DNA of 63,811 bases, filler included, from Intoshia linei (lineage: Eukaryota; Animalia; Orthonectida): the NCBI GenBank assembly GCA_001642005.1. It is 4 parts of 4 records of this genome, joined end to end, with 100 filler letters (N's around TTAATTAATTAA, not from the genome) between each part and the next. Parts side by side here need not be neighbours in the genome. Positions count along the whole stretch, not along the records: positions 1 to 28,665 come from LWCA01000405.1; 3 more parts are not named here. One strand, given 5' to 3'. Of the stretch, positions 12,301 through 25,000 are shown in pieces. The translations under genes and the position numbers were made by a program. How positions within the stretch are numbered: position 1 is the stretch's first letter; each line of letters begins with the position of its first letter. The notes under the pieces are model-generated. The model made no database searches. It saw only the letters and a list, made by a program, of their open reading frames with translations, and was not told the DNA's origin.

Positions 12301-13037
12301 TAATGAAAATGGAGACTTATTTGTGTAATGGGTGGTTATTTTCACACTCAATTACATTTTTTAACATTAAAATATATATTGAAATGATTTTTTTTATTGT
12401 AATTAACTTTCCCTTCGAGTCCTGATTCATAAATAGTTTTAAAACATTAAACTTTCATTCAAGTATATTAATACCAAGCTGAGTCGAATGGATTGGAAAG
12501 CCTATTGACTTTATCAAATAATTTGATGAAAGTGATTCATTATATATATATTTTGTGGTTTTGATTACCTTTAAATGTAAACAATACCTGATGCCGGCAA
12601 ATTCCAAACAGCCACAAATATTTTTGCACATTGATTTATTACAGTTTGAAGATATTGAATTTTTTCATTCTAAAATTCTTTTATTTCAAAAAAATTTATA
12701 CCCCCTACACCCCACCTAGATCCGCTACTTCTTGGACCTAGCCTTAGCTAAATTTACGTCGACAATAATTACTTTAGTATAATGAATGAAGGGTTATTTA
12801 GTTTTACTTGAATTGATTATTTCTTTGGGTGGATAAAACTGGATTATTTACATAAGTTTGGTAAAATAAAACTATCATTCCAACCTTAAAAAATCTTCAC
12901 AAGACTGAAACTCCAAACGGAAATAACATATATTTTATATTTACTTACTTTCAAGTCTAGCTTTTTCAGTAAAACATCGATAGTATGTTCGGTAATATCT
13001 GATAATTTTTGTTGGTCATCATTACTGACTTGTGGTT
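9372..13037 (-). CDS. Liprin-beta/kazrin-like protein with three C-terminal SAM domains (5' end not resolved)
   Basis: Spliced exons give KLNMTNPLHQKRLVMGIKRL (SAM1), WVLEWLTMVGLCKYANNF..CDLAHMKINNYSDMQSIRYSI (SAM2) and LLWTNNCVCNWIK..NFDNSGINGSFLLNEKN..KPPITKKSM (SAM3), matching the liprin homology domain. The low-complexity ORFs 10934-11371 and 11473-11670 splice into the same frame. An upstream exon lies at 12949-13037. Confidence 0.72.
12001..12322. mobile_element. Foldback-like MITE with ~70-bp imperfect terminal inverted repeats
   Basis: AAATAAGTCTC..ATATAAAAATTAGATATTATGAACA..CAAACTTT is mirrored at 12260-12322. Confidence 0.5.
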
Positions 13038-13114
13038 CTAAATGTTTATTAAATTTGATTATACTTATATTATATGTACATTTATATTATGTAATTTACA
13101 TTATGTAATTGTAT

Positions 13115-13350
13115 TTTTGATAAATTTTAATCTCCCAAACTCACATCTTACGGGTCAAAAACCCCAATTGTCCCTTTTTTTGAAAATCAAACGAATTGGA
13201 GAATTTAAAAAAATAGATTTGCTGATACGGATTTTAAAATCATAAACATTATCATAATTTTAAATTTAAAAAAATTATATCTTCAGGGCGAAAACCCCAA
13301 ATTACCCTTCTTTTTTTAATGAAAACAGCCCTAGAATTTAAAAAAATTAT
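13115..13350 (+). mobile_element. Helitron-family internal fragment
   Basis: AAACTCACATCTTACGGGTCAAAAACCCCAATTGTC... is nearly identical to 61297-61500. Confidence 0.6.
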
Positions 13351-15734
13351 AGGTCCTCTAACCCGGTCCGCGAAATATTGTTTATATGGTGTCACTTTAG
13401 TAAAACTGATTTATAATTTGTAAAAAATAAGATAATTGATCATGTTATATCTCTTAGTACAATATTGTTAAAACTTTAAGTGAGCCATAAAAAATATAAC
13501 ATTTTGTTATAAAAAAAAGATAAAATTTAAAAAATATTTATTTAAACGAATCAATGACATAAATGTTATATTTTGCGTAATGGTAGGTCACCCTGGGAAA
13601 TAGTGACCAAGTATAACCGTTTACTAATTGCAGTATTTTGTTCCCATTTCATGTTCTCAATTTTAAAATCTAGCAACAAACCATTTTAAATACAGAATGT
13701 TTGAATATAATCATAACACTTGGAAACATTTTATTAAAAATTAATTAACATTGTAAATTTACGTTCGTTGAATATCAACTTTTTTAATATTTAAAATAAT
13801 ATGATGCAACATTACTGATATAGTTGGATTGGGACCTGCTTTCATTTTTAACATAATATTTGGGTATATAATCTATCCGTGATTTGTTAAATTTTTTTAA
13901 TATCTTTTTCATTTTTTACTTTATTTTACAGAATAAAATTTCAGGGTAAATAAAACATTCGAATATTGACATATTCTAAATACAAATTTCAAAGTTATAT
14001 CAACAGAAATTAATACATCTATGTTTGCATAAGATTTTATCAAAAAATTATATTATTGTTCCGAAATGCGATAAAAATATATGCGAAAAAGATGTCCTTA
14101 TTTTTTTTTGACCAATTGACTATTTTCTACAAACCGTGACAACATAAAAATTTGGATTTGCCCTCTACATTATATTAAAGGTCAGGAATAACAGAGCTTA
14201 CATGTTACCGAGTGACAATAATATATAAATATCTTCAGGTAAACCTATAGAGAGAACTGGTTCATATGAACCGCGTGTACTAGTATCAGAGTGTGTTCAT
14301 TTAATTTTATATCAATTGATAGTATCCTTTGACACTCATTCTTTGATATTTTATACAGCAAAGCTGTTTCCTTTTTTTGAACTAGTACACCAAACATTGA
14401 CTTCGTTTGTATGTGTAATGTATACAAGTTGTGTACAACATTGTGTATAAATAACATGTTTAATATTCCACTATTTATACACACTATTTATATATCCTTA
14501 CACACTTTGTAATCCAAGATTAATTTGAATTTCAAGAATATATTAATTAACATTTATAATTATATACATTAATTAATTATTATTATTATTGTTAATTAAT
14601 TTGTTTGTAAATATCTATAAATTATATTAATGTTAAAAATTCTAATTTAATTTTAAAATTTTTTTTAAATCTATAGGCCCCATGTGGGAACCACTGCTGT
14701 AGTGTATAGTGAAAGAGTTTGCAGTTGCGTTATGATAAAAGAAATTTCAATTTATTTGTTTGAGTTATAATTTTATGGTGGGAACTCGTTCACTAATACC
14801 AAAGTCGATAATATTTTATATTATAAACAATATTGACTGTTTTTCACTTCATCAAACAATAGCTAGGTCTGCCGATGGTGGACTCTTAATTAACTTTTCA
14901 AAAAATCACATTTAATGTTACACTATTATGTAATGTTATGACCAACTTTGAAACGTTTTTAGATAAATTTCATAAAAAAATAATTAATTTATTTTTTGAT
15001 TGTATCTATTACTATTAGCTCATTCAAAATTACAGTAAAATATTTATGAGCAATATCTTGTATACCATTTACTGTGATGAATATAAACAAAATATTGAAT
15101 GGTACCAGAAATGTTTTAAACCGGTTTGATTATGTTATCATTCATTAGATTTATTTTGGTTGAAGTAACCATTCCATTAATATCTACATTGTATTTAGGA
15201 ACTGCAATTTATAAACCATTCATATAAATAAATGGGAAAATTTCAATTACAAAAGATTTTATTATTCACGGTGTCAATTCTAATTGAAAGTGTCATGACA
15301 TCTTCTGGGATTATGTAGATACAATTTTATGTTCGATAAATTTAAAAACTTGTTTGTAAAATTGAATTAAATAATTCCTATAAAAAAAGTATTAATTATC
15401 CTACACTTCCACTGCACTAAATTTTACAAACAAGTTTTTCCATAAAACTAAATTTCAGTCTTATTAACGAAATTTAATTTAACGATTAAATCATTAGTAT
15501 AATTTATTTTGTAAACTTGAAATTTCAAAGTTTAATTTGTCTAAAACAATCGTCAAGACACTGTACTCTTTCGAATAAAAATATTTTTATTACTTATAGC
15601 AACACATTTACAAATTAAATTGAATATTGGATTTATGATTTATATGTATAAATTTCACAAATTGTCTACCATAATTACGGCGTGGCAAGCGAATTAATAC
15701 TTAATTTAATGATCTAATATTTACAATTAATTAC

Positions 15735-18700
15735 ATGAGCTCAGATAGTTCAAGTTCTGCAGACACACCAACCGTGGAAATTCAAAAATTGAGCGACCGT
15801 GAAATAAAAAGTAGCGATGAAACTGAAAAAATAAAAAACGAGTTTCAAAACACTGCAGATAAATCTATCAAAGAAATGTATTTTCTAATATACAAATTCT
15901 TGTCGGATGGTCCATGTAAAAATACCCTAAAAATTTTCGAAAATGAACTGGCACAGAATAACCTGCTACCTTCTGGGCTTACATTTGAAGGTCACTGTTA
16001 CCAGAAACATATTAAAACCTTGGTCCAGCTATACAACCACATACCATCGTCCCACCTAATGGACATTATTATGCAATTTAAAAACCTAGTCAACAATTAT
16101 CGCAAAAAAAAGAAAATTAATTCTATACTAGAAAATCTCAAATACACACTTTATGATCCTCCCAATGATGGATTTTTAATCAATGGATACAATGCAATTT
16201 CGAGAATAAATTTAACTCCAATTATTTACCCTAAATGTAGTTATCAAGATAGACCAAATTTATTCCAAATTTTACGTGGACGTGAAGTTAGTGGTAGTTT
16301 AAATTTTACAAATACCAAGTTGCCTCCCAGTATATATAAAAATTTAACTTTTCAAACCAGAATTCTTGGTCATTTGGCGGCGATATACTGTATAATATTT
16401 GACAAAACTAATACTAGAATTATTTCGGGTGCAGACGATTGCATTGTTAAAATTTGGTGCCTTAAAACTGCCTGTTTATTGTTTAGTTTACGTGGACACA
16501 GGGAACCTATTAGTGATTTGACTATTGATTCAAAGAATACTCTTCTAGCTTCAGGCAGTTGTGACAAATTGATTAGAATTTGGTTGCTTCAAACCGGAGA
16601 AACTTTGGCAGTGCTAAGTGGTCATTCGGCTATAATAACAATTGTTCGATTTTCGCCACATAACGGCGGAAACAAATGTTATCTTTCGTCCACCGGATTT
16701 GATGCATCTATATGTTTTTGGGCATACAATTCTACGACCAATATTTTCGATTCTAAACCAATTAAATATGTTGAAAGATCTAGAGCCGGTGTGCATATTC
16801 TTTGTCAATCTTACAGTTCGGGTGGTTTATTTTTAGTTTCCGGTAGTTCTGACAGCGTTATTAGAATATATTCTTTTACTGATGAATTTGTTACGAAAGA
16901 ATGCGAACTTTTAGAACATTGTGATAAGGTTGATAGTGTGGAATTTGCTCATAATATAATGGAATTTGTTAGCGGATCTCAGGACGGCACGTCAATTTTA
17001 TGGAAATATCGATGTGGTAAATGGGTTCCTCAAAGTATCCCCATTCCAACATCTTCAAATGATATGAAACCAAAAGTTACAATGATTGCTTGGAATAGTG
17101 ACGATCGTTTTATTATAACGGCCACCAACGACAGAAAAATTTGTGTGTTTAATGCTGGGACAGTAGCATTCGTCAATCAATTACAAAGCCATACGGATGA
17201 AATTTTCGTTTTAAATTCTCACCCAAAAGATCCCCGTATTTTACTTAGTGCTGGACACGACGGACAAATAAACGTATGGGACATTTTAGACCAAAATTCA
17301 AAGCAGTTAATGTACTATGAAAATTTTATTAGTGGTCAGGGAAATGGTGCAATTTTTGATGCTCAATGGTCAGTTTATGGAGAGAAGATTGGAGCCGTGG
17401 ATTCGCACGGTCATTTGGTTATTCTCGGCTTTGGAAAATGTACTGAATATTCAAATAGACCGGCAGAACAGTTTTTCCATACTGATTATCGACCTTTGTT
17501 GAGAGACAACAGTGATTTTGTTTTGGACCAACAAACATTACAACACCCACATTTAATGCCACCTCCATTTTTAGTCAATATGGACGGCCAGCCACATTCT
17601 GTGAGCGTTCAAAGGTTTGTTCCTGGGCGAGAATTTATGTCGGACGAACAATTACGACCAGTTTTGGTTCAGGGAGTTAGCGGGTTTCGTGAAATTGCAC
17701 CTTATGTAGCTACAGAAGATTCTGTCACATTTTTACAAAGACCACCCGTGTCGCCAATTGATACATCGGAATTGAATTTTGCAGAATTAGTTACTAATAT
17801 GCCTGATGAATCTGCTATTCGACAGTTGCGACGTTATGGTGAAACTGAAGGTGTTAGAATGACCCGAGGGCGGGTACCCGTTTCACAAATTTCATCGGAA
17901 AAGCAGCTATCTTCAACAAAGCAAAGAGTTATTGTGCGTCCCTTGAGCGAATTCTATGTCATGGTAAATATTAAAAAAATAAGGGCTAAAAGAAATGCTG
18001 AAATTAACTTATACAAGACTGAACAAGCTAATTTCGAGGAAGAAAACGAGTACACTGTTGATATAGGAGAAAGACGACTACGAACTAGAGTTATTAACAA
18101 TAATTATAATGAGGATACCGCTGTAAGTGATAACCAAAGTAATGAGTCCGACTGGAGTGAAAGTTTGCAGACAATGAGACGTAGAACTCGACATGGAAAT
18201 AGACATTTGTCCCACGAAGAAACTGAACAAGAAGAATCTCGTACTGTACAGACAGTTACAACCCGTAGAAGAACCAGAAGAAATCGGTGGTCTAGAAATG
18301 GAGATTTGCGTCGAAGTATACCTAGGCGGCGTCTTTCACCAATAGACGATGAAGCGGAGGCTCGAGACGAAAGAAGCATGCGAAGAGAACAGCGAGCTTT
18401 GCAAAATATTATTGAACATGAATTATCAGATGACACTGACGAGGATTCCGAATCCATCGAAAACCTTTCTAGGATTTCGTATGCTCACCACAACCAAGCA
18501 CTAGAAAACTATGTGTGCCCAGAATGGATAAATGAAGTTCACCAAAAGAGGAATCCTTACATTCCACAATTGGGTGACGTACTTGTTTATTTCCAAGACG
18601 GTCACAAAAAATACGTTGAAGAAGTGGAAGCTAAGAATATTTACGAAATGACTAATGAGTTCAAACCTTGGACTCAAAATATACCAATTGAAAACAAGGA

Positions 18701-20551
18701 ATACATTCGAGTTATTGATATAAAATACGAAATTGCTCCTCCTTTAGTGATTACATGTAAGATGGCAATGATAGACCCCTATACAAAAGAATTTAAAGGC
18801 ACTACGTTTAGTTTAAAGTACCATGATGTTTTGGGAGTTATAGAATTTATTATTCTACTGGACATTTATAATGTATCGATTCACAAACGTTGGAGGAATG
18901 GTGAAAAGTTTAGGTGTTTGATTGTGGGAGTTTGGTATCACGGTGAATTTTTGCATAGTACAGATGATGAATTCCAATCAATAAAAGTAAAATGGGATAG
19001 TGGTGAAATTGATAGATTGAATCCTTGGGACATTGAACAAATTGTACCTGAACGTAATTATTATAATTTTTTTTTTAATAATTTTCTTAGGAGTGCCGGA
19101 TAGCAATGCATCTGAATATGGTGCGACTTTAGAAGAGCACATGTTATCTTATGGAGCTGTTAAATTTAAATCAGTGATCGACGCTGGAGGGGAGTCATAC
19201 AAAAACAGTCTCGTTAGAATGATAGACAGTGTTATCACCATGCCGATTGCTCAAGATTTTGTTAATCCTGTCGATATTTCAATTTACCCATTATATGCTA
19301 TAAACGTTCCTTATATGATGGATCTTACTAAAATTCGAGAAAGGGTATTTAAACTGGCCGTTTTATACATTCAAAAATTTGTATAGATATTGAATGGATA
19401 TTATCGCCAACTTGTGTCTCTTATTAATGACATTTCATTGATTTACTCTAACGCTCTCTTATTTAATCAATCAGACTCTGAGATTGTTCAAAGTTCCGAG
19501 GTTATTACCCATCTATTGAAAGATAAAATACAGTAATGTTATTTTATATCATTTGTGATTTTTTTATATTTAGAAATATAAATAATCGTCATCTTGAATC
19601 TGATAATTTAAATAACCCGTCTTTTTACTTATCTATTGGCGATTTTGAACAAGATGAGTCTGATAAAGAGTCTACCAGTAAAAATAGTGATCCCAATGAT
19701 GACTCACCCAAATGGTTGTGTAGTTGTTTGACTCTTACGTATAGAATATTTGATTGTGCTGATGCTGAACCTTTCAGAAATAACGTAGATCTAGATGTTT
19801 ATCCAGTACTATCCTTGATTCTTTTTTTTAATTTATTTAGAACTATACGTCAATTGTGAATAATACTATTTGTATTAAAACAGTCTTGGATAATCTTGAA
19901 TTAGGTAAATACAATAACCCACAACAATATGCCATCGATATGAGGCTAATTTTTAAAAACAGTAGAACTTTTAACACGAATAAACGATCCAAGGTTTTTA
20001 ATTTTATCATTATAAATTTAATAAAATAGATTTACGCTATGACTTTACGATTGTCCGCCATGTTTGAAGAAAAAATTACAGATATTATTGATACATATAC
20101 CAAGACATTCAAAGATACCCGCCGACTTAGAAGCGACACAGCGTAACGCTTTATATTAAAAATAGTTTAGACTTATAAAGTACACTGTCAGGGTTTTGCA
20201 TTTAGAAAATTATATTTAGTTGTATTTTAATTAATGAAAATAAACGCTTTATAAAATATTACCGTTTTGTTATGAAAATTAACGAAACTGTTTACCTACC
20301 ACATATTAATTGTTTATATTAGATTTATGGAAGAGTCCATCATGTCAAATAATTCAAGTCACTATTCCGATTCTGATTCTCGTAATTTATGTTATATAAA
20401 ACCTTATAATATTTTAGCTGCGGTTTCAAATGTATATAAAAGAAAATTGAGATCATCATTTTCGAGTAAAACACTTACTGAAAAAAACCTTGATCATTCA
20501 AATTATAAATTGCGCAAAAGAACACGTGTTAATTACAATTCCAATTTGTGA
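15735..20551 (+). CDS. PHIP: Bromodomain and WD-repeat protein (PHIP/BRWD1/BRWD3 family)
   Basis: EMYFLIYKFLSDGPC N-terminus, WD40 array (RILGHLAAIYCIIFD..., LRGH..., LSGH...), EQFFHTDYRPL, PPPFLV and YIPQLGD. Two bromodomains assemble from exons 19091-19344/19387-19531 and 19574-19805/19841-19993/20030-20142 (KIYAMTLRLSAMFE). Last exon approx. 20323-20551. Confidence 0.95.
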
Positions 20552-20847
20552 ATTTAGATGAGCGTTCTGTATAGTAAAGTTAAATAATAAATTGTAAAGT
20601 TTCATATTTCATATTAAAATACATATTCGTTATTTCTTTAATGTAAACATTCAAGGGTATGTATTGTAGTCTACAATCTGTGTAAAATAAGGTTTTTCAA
20701 AAATATTTCTTGGTGTTTCCCGTATTTTTCGATGTGAAAAGTTGGCAATTTAAGTTTTTTTAATAAATAACAACCCTAATCATTAGACCTATCATTTAAT
20801 ATATTATTATACAATATCTAGGCAACAAATTTAAAATAAACCTTAAA

Positions 20848-21859
20848 ATGTCTAAAAATGAAATGACAGAAATACATCAAATCTCAGCCGAACTACCCCG
20901 TTTCAAAATGATGACTCCAATTGATCGTACACTATGTGAAATTTATCTAGAATCAAATATTGACCATTCATTTTTTACTGGTATTTACAAGAGTGGGTTA
21001 ATATTAATGAATGAACTTTCTGGTAGAGGTAAATTGACAAGTCACTATATTGGAAATGCGTATACTCCTATAGACATTTGCATTGAATTAAAGTAACTAA
21101 TTAATTCACATTAAATTAAAAAAATTTAGACTTCGTAAAATGCGAATTAAAGATAGCCAATTAATAACCAATCAAGATGTACTACATGTTTTGAAAACCC
21201 ATTTCCCTTTTTTTAAACATTCTCTACAAAACTTTCAAATCAAGGTCATTTTAATAAAATTTTCTAGTGTGAAATATTTGCATTTACTTACCGACTATGA
21301 AAGAATGGATTTTGTGTATAAATTAAAAACCCTGGCAAAAACAGTATATAAAGGCGATTGTGATTTGTCCATTTTTGAAGCATTTTACATTTTTAAGCGT
21401 TGCTTGAAATATGCAATTACTACAGGTAGGACAGAATTTTCCTGCGAATCGAAAGAACACATAGAAGCTATCATAACAATTTATTCTAATATTTCGCTTT
21501 GCCAATTTAAATATGCCAATCGATGCAATAACTTTGTTTTTGAAGAATCCAAATATACTGACAACCTAAAACAGCTCATTGAGGATTGTAAACCATCTAG
21601 CGAAACTAGACAAATTTTCTTGAAATGTTACAATAATTGTAAAATTGTTACTTCTTATAATCCGAATCACATAAAATGCTTATATAGATGCGGCGTTTGT
21701 CTCTTGAGAATGTCACGACCTGAGGAAGCGGTTGAATTACTAAAACTTGCTTCTAAATTAGACCAATCTGACAGATTAATTAATCTTGCGTTAAAGGAAG
21801 CTAAAATGGTGAATAATTACAACAACAAAAAATTGTCCTCGGCACTTCAACAATTGTAA
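20848..21859 (+). CDS. TPR-containing FKBP-like/immunophilin-type co-chaperone with a degenerate N-terminal FKBP-like region
   Basis: Two ORFs join across a 38-nt intron (21093-21130). The C-terminal TPR motifs IYSNISLCQFK and NHIKCLYRCGVCL..EEAVELLKLASKLD are typical of FKBP/Cyp40 TPR domains. IGNAYTPIDICIELKLRKM resembles the end of an FKBP fold. Confidence 0.6.
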
Positions 21860-22065
21860 ATTTTAATAAACATTAATTTAACCTACAATTTACCAAATTT
21901 GATAAACTAATTTTCACATTTTTATGCATAATCATTGTGCGTTTCTCCAGTGTACGGGTAACCATGTTATTCAATAATTTTGTCTGCAAGATTGAAATCC
22001 ATATGTCACTCAAATTACTCAACTTGTTTCAGTTTCAAATTGTAAATTGCATAGTTTCAATTTAA

Positions 22066-25000
22066 ATGAAAAATTTACTTTCCAATGCTATCTTTTTAAT
22101 TTTACTATTTAATTTATCAAGATCCCAGGTATTTATGCCTTTTACGTATTTTTTCAATTAACGCATTTTAGAAGCAAACTAGATGGTATAACAACAAAAT
22201 TTTATGCCAAAACTGCGAAAATGTAACTTTTCCTGAAAGTAACATAACTATAATTGATATACCGAGAGAAGGTACATCATTATCTAGTAACAACACTGTT
22301 ACAAACTTTCTTTACAAAGTTAATGATTCGTTGAAAACATATTTTGACTTTATTACACAATCATTAGGAAAATTTAAAAATTTTTATGCACTACAAGTAA
22401 ATTGGAATGCGCCCGGATTTAAAAATTTAGATCCTGAAATAAAATGTGTAATTAATATCAGAGAAAATGAAACCAATGTGAATTTCACCAAATATTTAAG
22501 AAATAACAGTTATCTCTACAATTTTATACCAGGATTAAACTATTCTTGCCGATTAGAATGTACGTTGTACGATGAGAAAGTTACAACAACCACTTTTTAC
22601 AGTATTATGCCAATTATAACCATCAGTATTGACCAATATACTGTAAAATGGAATTATTACCAAAAAACTATAAAATATTTACTTGAACCCAATTTTAACA
22701 TTTATGAAAATCAAGATTTGAGAGAAATTTGGAATCAAATCAAAAAATTAGTTTTCATCCAAGTTTTAATTTCGTCTGAGGAAAGGTTTGACGTTTTTAA
22801 TGTTGATGCAAATACAAATTACTTTAAAATGAATGATACCGGAAATTTCCAAAATGTGCAAGTTTACTTTAATTATAAAAAAAATGCAATTTATTCCAAA
22901 AAATATTCTGTTCCATTACAAAATTTAAACTTAAAATTGGATGACATTTCAGAGAATCATGTCATTCTGAGATGGAACAAAATTCAATCGTCAAATTCTT
23001 ATTTTGTCGATTGTAAAAAACACGGCAATTTTACGACTAATGTTAATCGAATTTATCTTAAAAACTTATTCCCTGGAGCAGGTTATTCTTGCCAAGTGTT
23101 GGCACTAAATAATTCGATTATTTTATCACTTAATAATTTGAAATTCAATACTGCACCGTCCAGTATTGGAGCTGTAAGTTTTAATATCCTAGAAAAAAAA
23201 AGTAATGTTTCTACTTTTGTTGTCTTTTTGAATTTGAAAAAATCTTTTGCCGATCAATGTTTGATTGAAATTGAAAACACTACTTTAAAGGTGAATAAAG
23301 TACAAATTAGTTTATTTAAAGAGAATGTCGGATTGATAAATTTGAGACCAAATTTCAGTGAGTATAAAGTTTCCTTAACTGACCTAACTCTGCCACCTTC
23401 ATCTAATTTTTTATTCAAAATTTCTACTTTAAAAGGAACAATATATAGTGCCATTAAACTAATTGGTCAATTTTATACCAGACCATTTGCCAACATCAAC
23501 CTTGAATTACTTGAGAGTTGTGAAAATTTCATTTTACTAAAACTTACTGCAAATCATTCCAAATCAAATGGATATGAAATTCGTATAAAAAATGTCAACG
23601 AAACTGTTTATAGTTTTAATTTTTCTATTGTCAATTTCAAATTAAAAAATTTGAGCCCTGGAGAAATTTACCACGTCTCAAGCAGAATTAAATTTAAAAA
23701 CAAATTCTCTGAACCACAGAATTTTTTTTTTTCTACGCAACCTGAATCTCCATTTTTAGAGTTTAGTACATTGTCTAATTCTATTACATTGTCCATTTGG
23801 ACACAACGCGGTAACGTTGATCATTTTTTAATCTCCATGGAAGGTCCAAAAGATTTGCGACTGGAAAGACGCATATCTGCCAAAAATTCTCCAAAAAATT
23901 TGTATTTAGAAAAAAATGAATGGCCAATTGAAAATTATGAAAAAAATTTAACTCTATCCAAATTCTTAGATAATGTCAATATTTATAAAAAATATAAAGT
24001 AACTTTTTCTCAACTTTTACCTTATTCTTTTTATACGGTGCATACTAAATCCGTTTTTAATGGTATTACCAGCAAACAACACAAATTCGAAGTTCGAACA
24101 AATCAAGCAGCACCTTCCGCTATTCGAAATTTTTTCGCCAGTATATTAAATTACAATACAATTGTTCTGCGTTGGTCTCTTCCGTGGAGTATGAACGGAA
24201 TTATCAAAAATTTCATCATAATCATCACAGAACACAGTAACGGTAAAAAACTATACACGGACAAATTAGAAATTCAAAGAGACACTTGGTCTCAAATGCA
24301 CATGTACCAGTACAATATTAAAAAATTGGGATCTTCTATAAATTTTACCATTTCTGCGTGTACTGTAGCGTGTGGAGTACCTTATACAATACTGGTTGAT
24401 TCTGATAAGGCTCCAAGGTTTTTACAAAGAAGTAGCATTTTTTTTCAAAAAATACCTGATCAATTTATTAGTCCTACTTCTCTTACTATCCGGTTTCCTG
24501 TTGCAAAACATACAAAATTCTATGAAATTTACGTTTCTACTGAAAGTTTTAATCAAAGGTTCTATAGTGAAGTAAAGTGGTTTACTTTTGATGTTTCTAA
24601 AAAGGGGACTTTTATTTCTGCAATATGCCATCAAAATAAATTTGATGAACTTATTAATACAGACTATAACAAGTTGATTTACTGTGACGACAAAAAATGC
24701 TGTTTGGTTCGAGAACGTATTGGGAAACAGGGAATATCTCATCTGGTAAATGAAACAAATATTAACTCGCCAACTGAAATTCAAAATACTGGTTTTATTC
24801 AATATATTATTTTTACCTTGGGCTCGGATATGACATGTAAGCATAAAAATAATGCGTCACTATTGTGTAACGGTAATTTTTAATATATAATTTATTTCAG
24901 GATGACCAAAGTGTGGCCTGCGAAATTGTTTAGTAATATATTTTGTAAAACAGGTAAACAATAAAAAATTTTAATAAATATTTGTGATATGTAGATAAGC

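Noticed and set aside
16370-18457. Antisense and alternative-frame ORFs within BRWD exon 1
   Set aside because: They are shadows of a relatively GC-rich coding exon with no independent motifs.
24372-24844. Overlapping ORFs within the PTP ectodomain exon
   Set aside because: Shadow ORFs with no recognisable domain.
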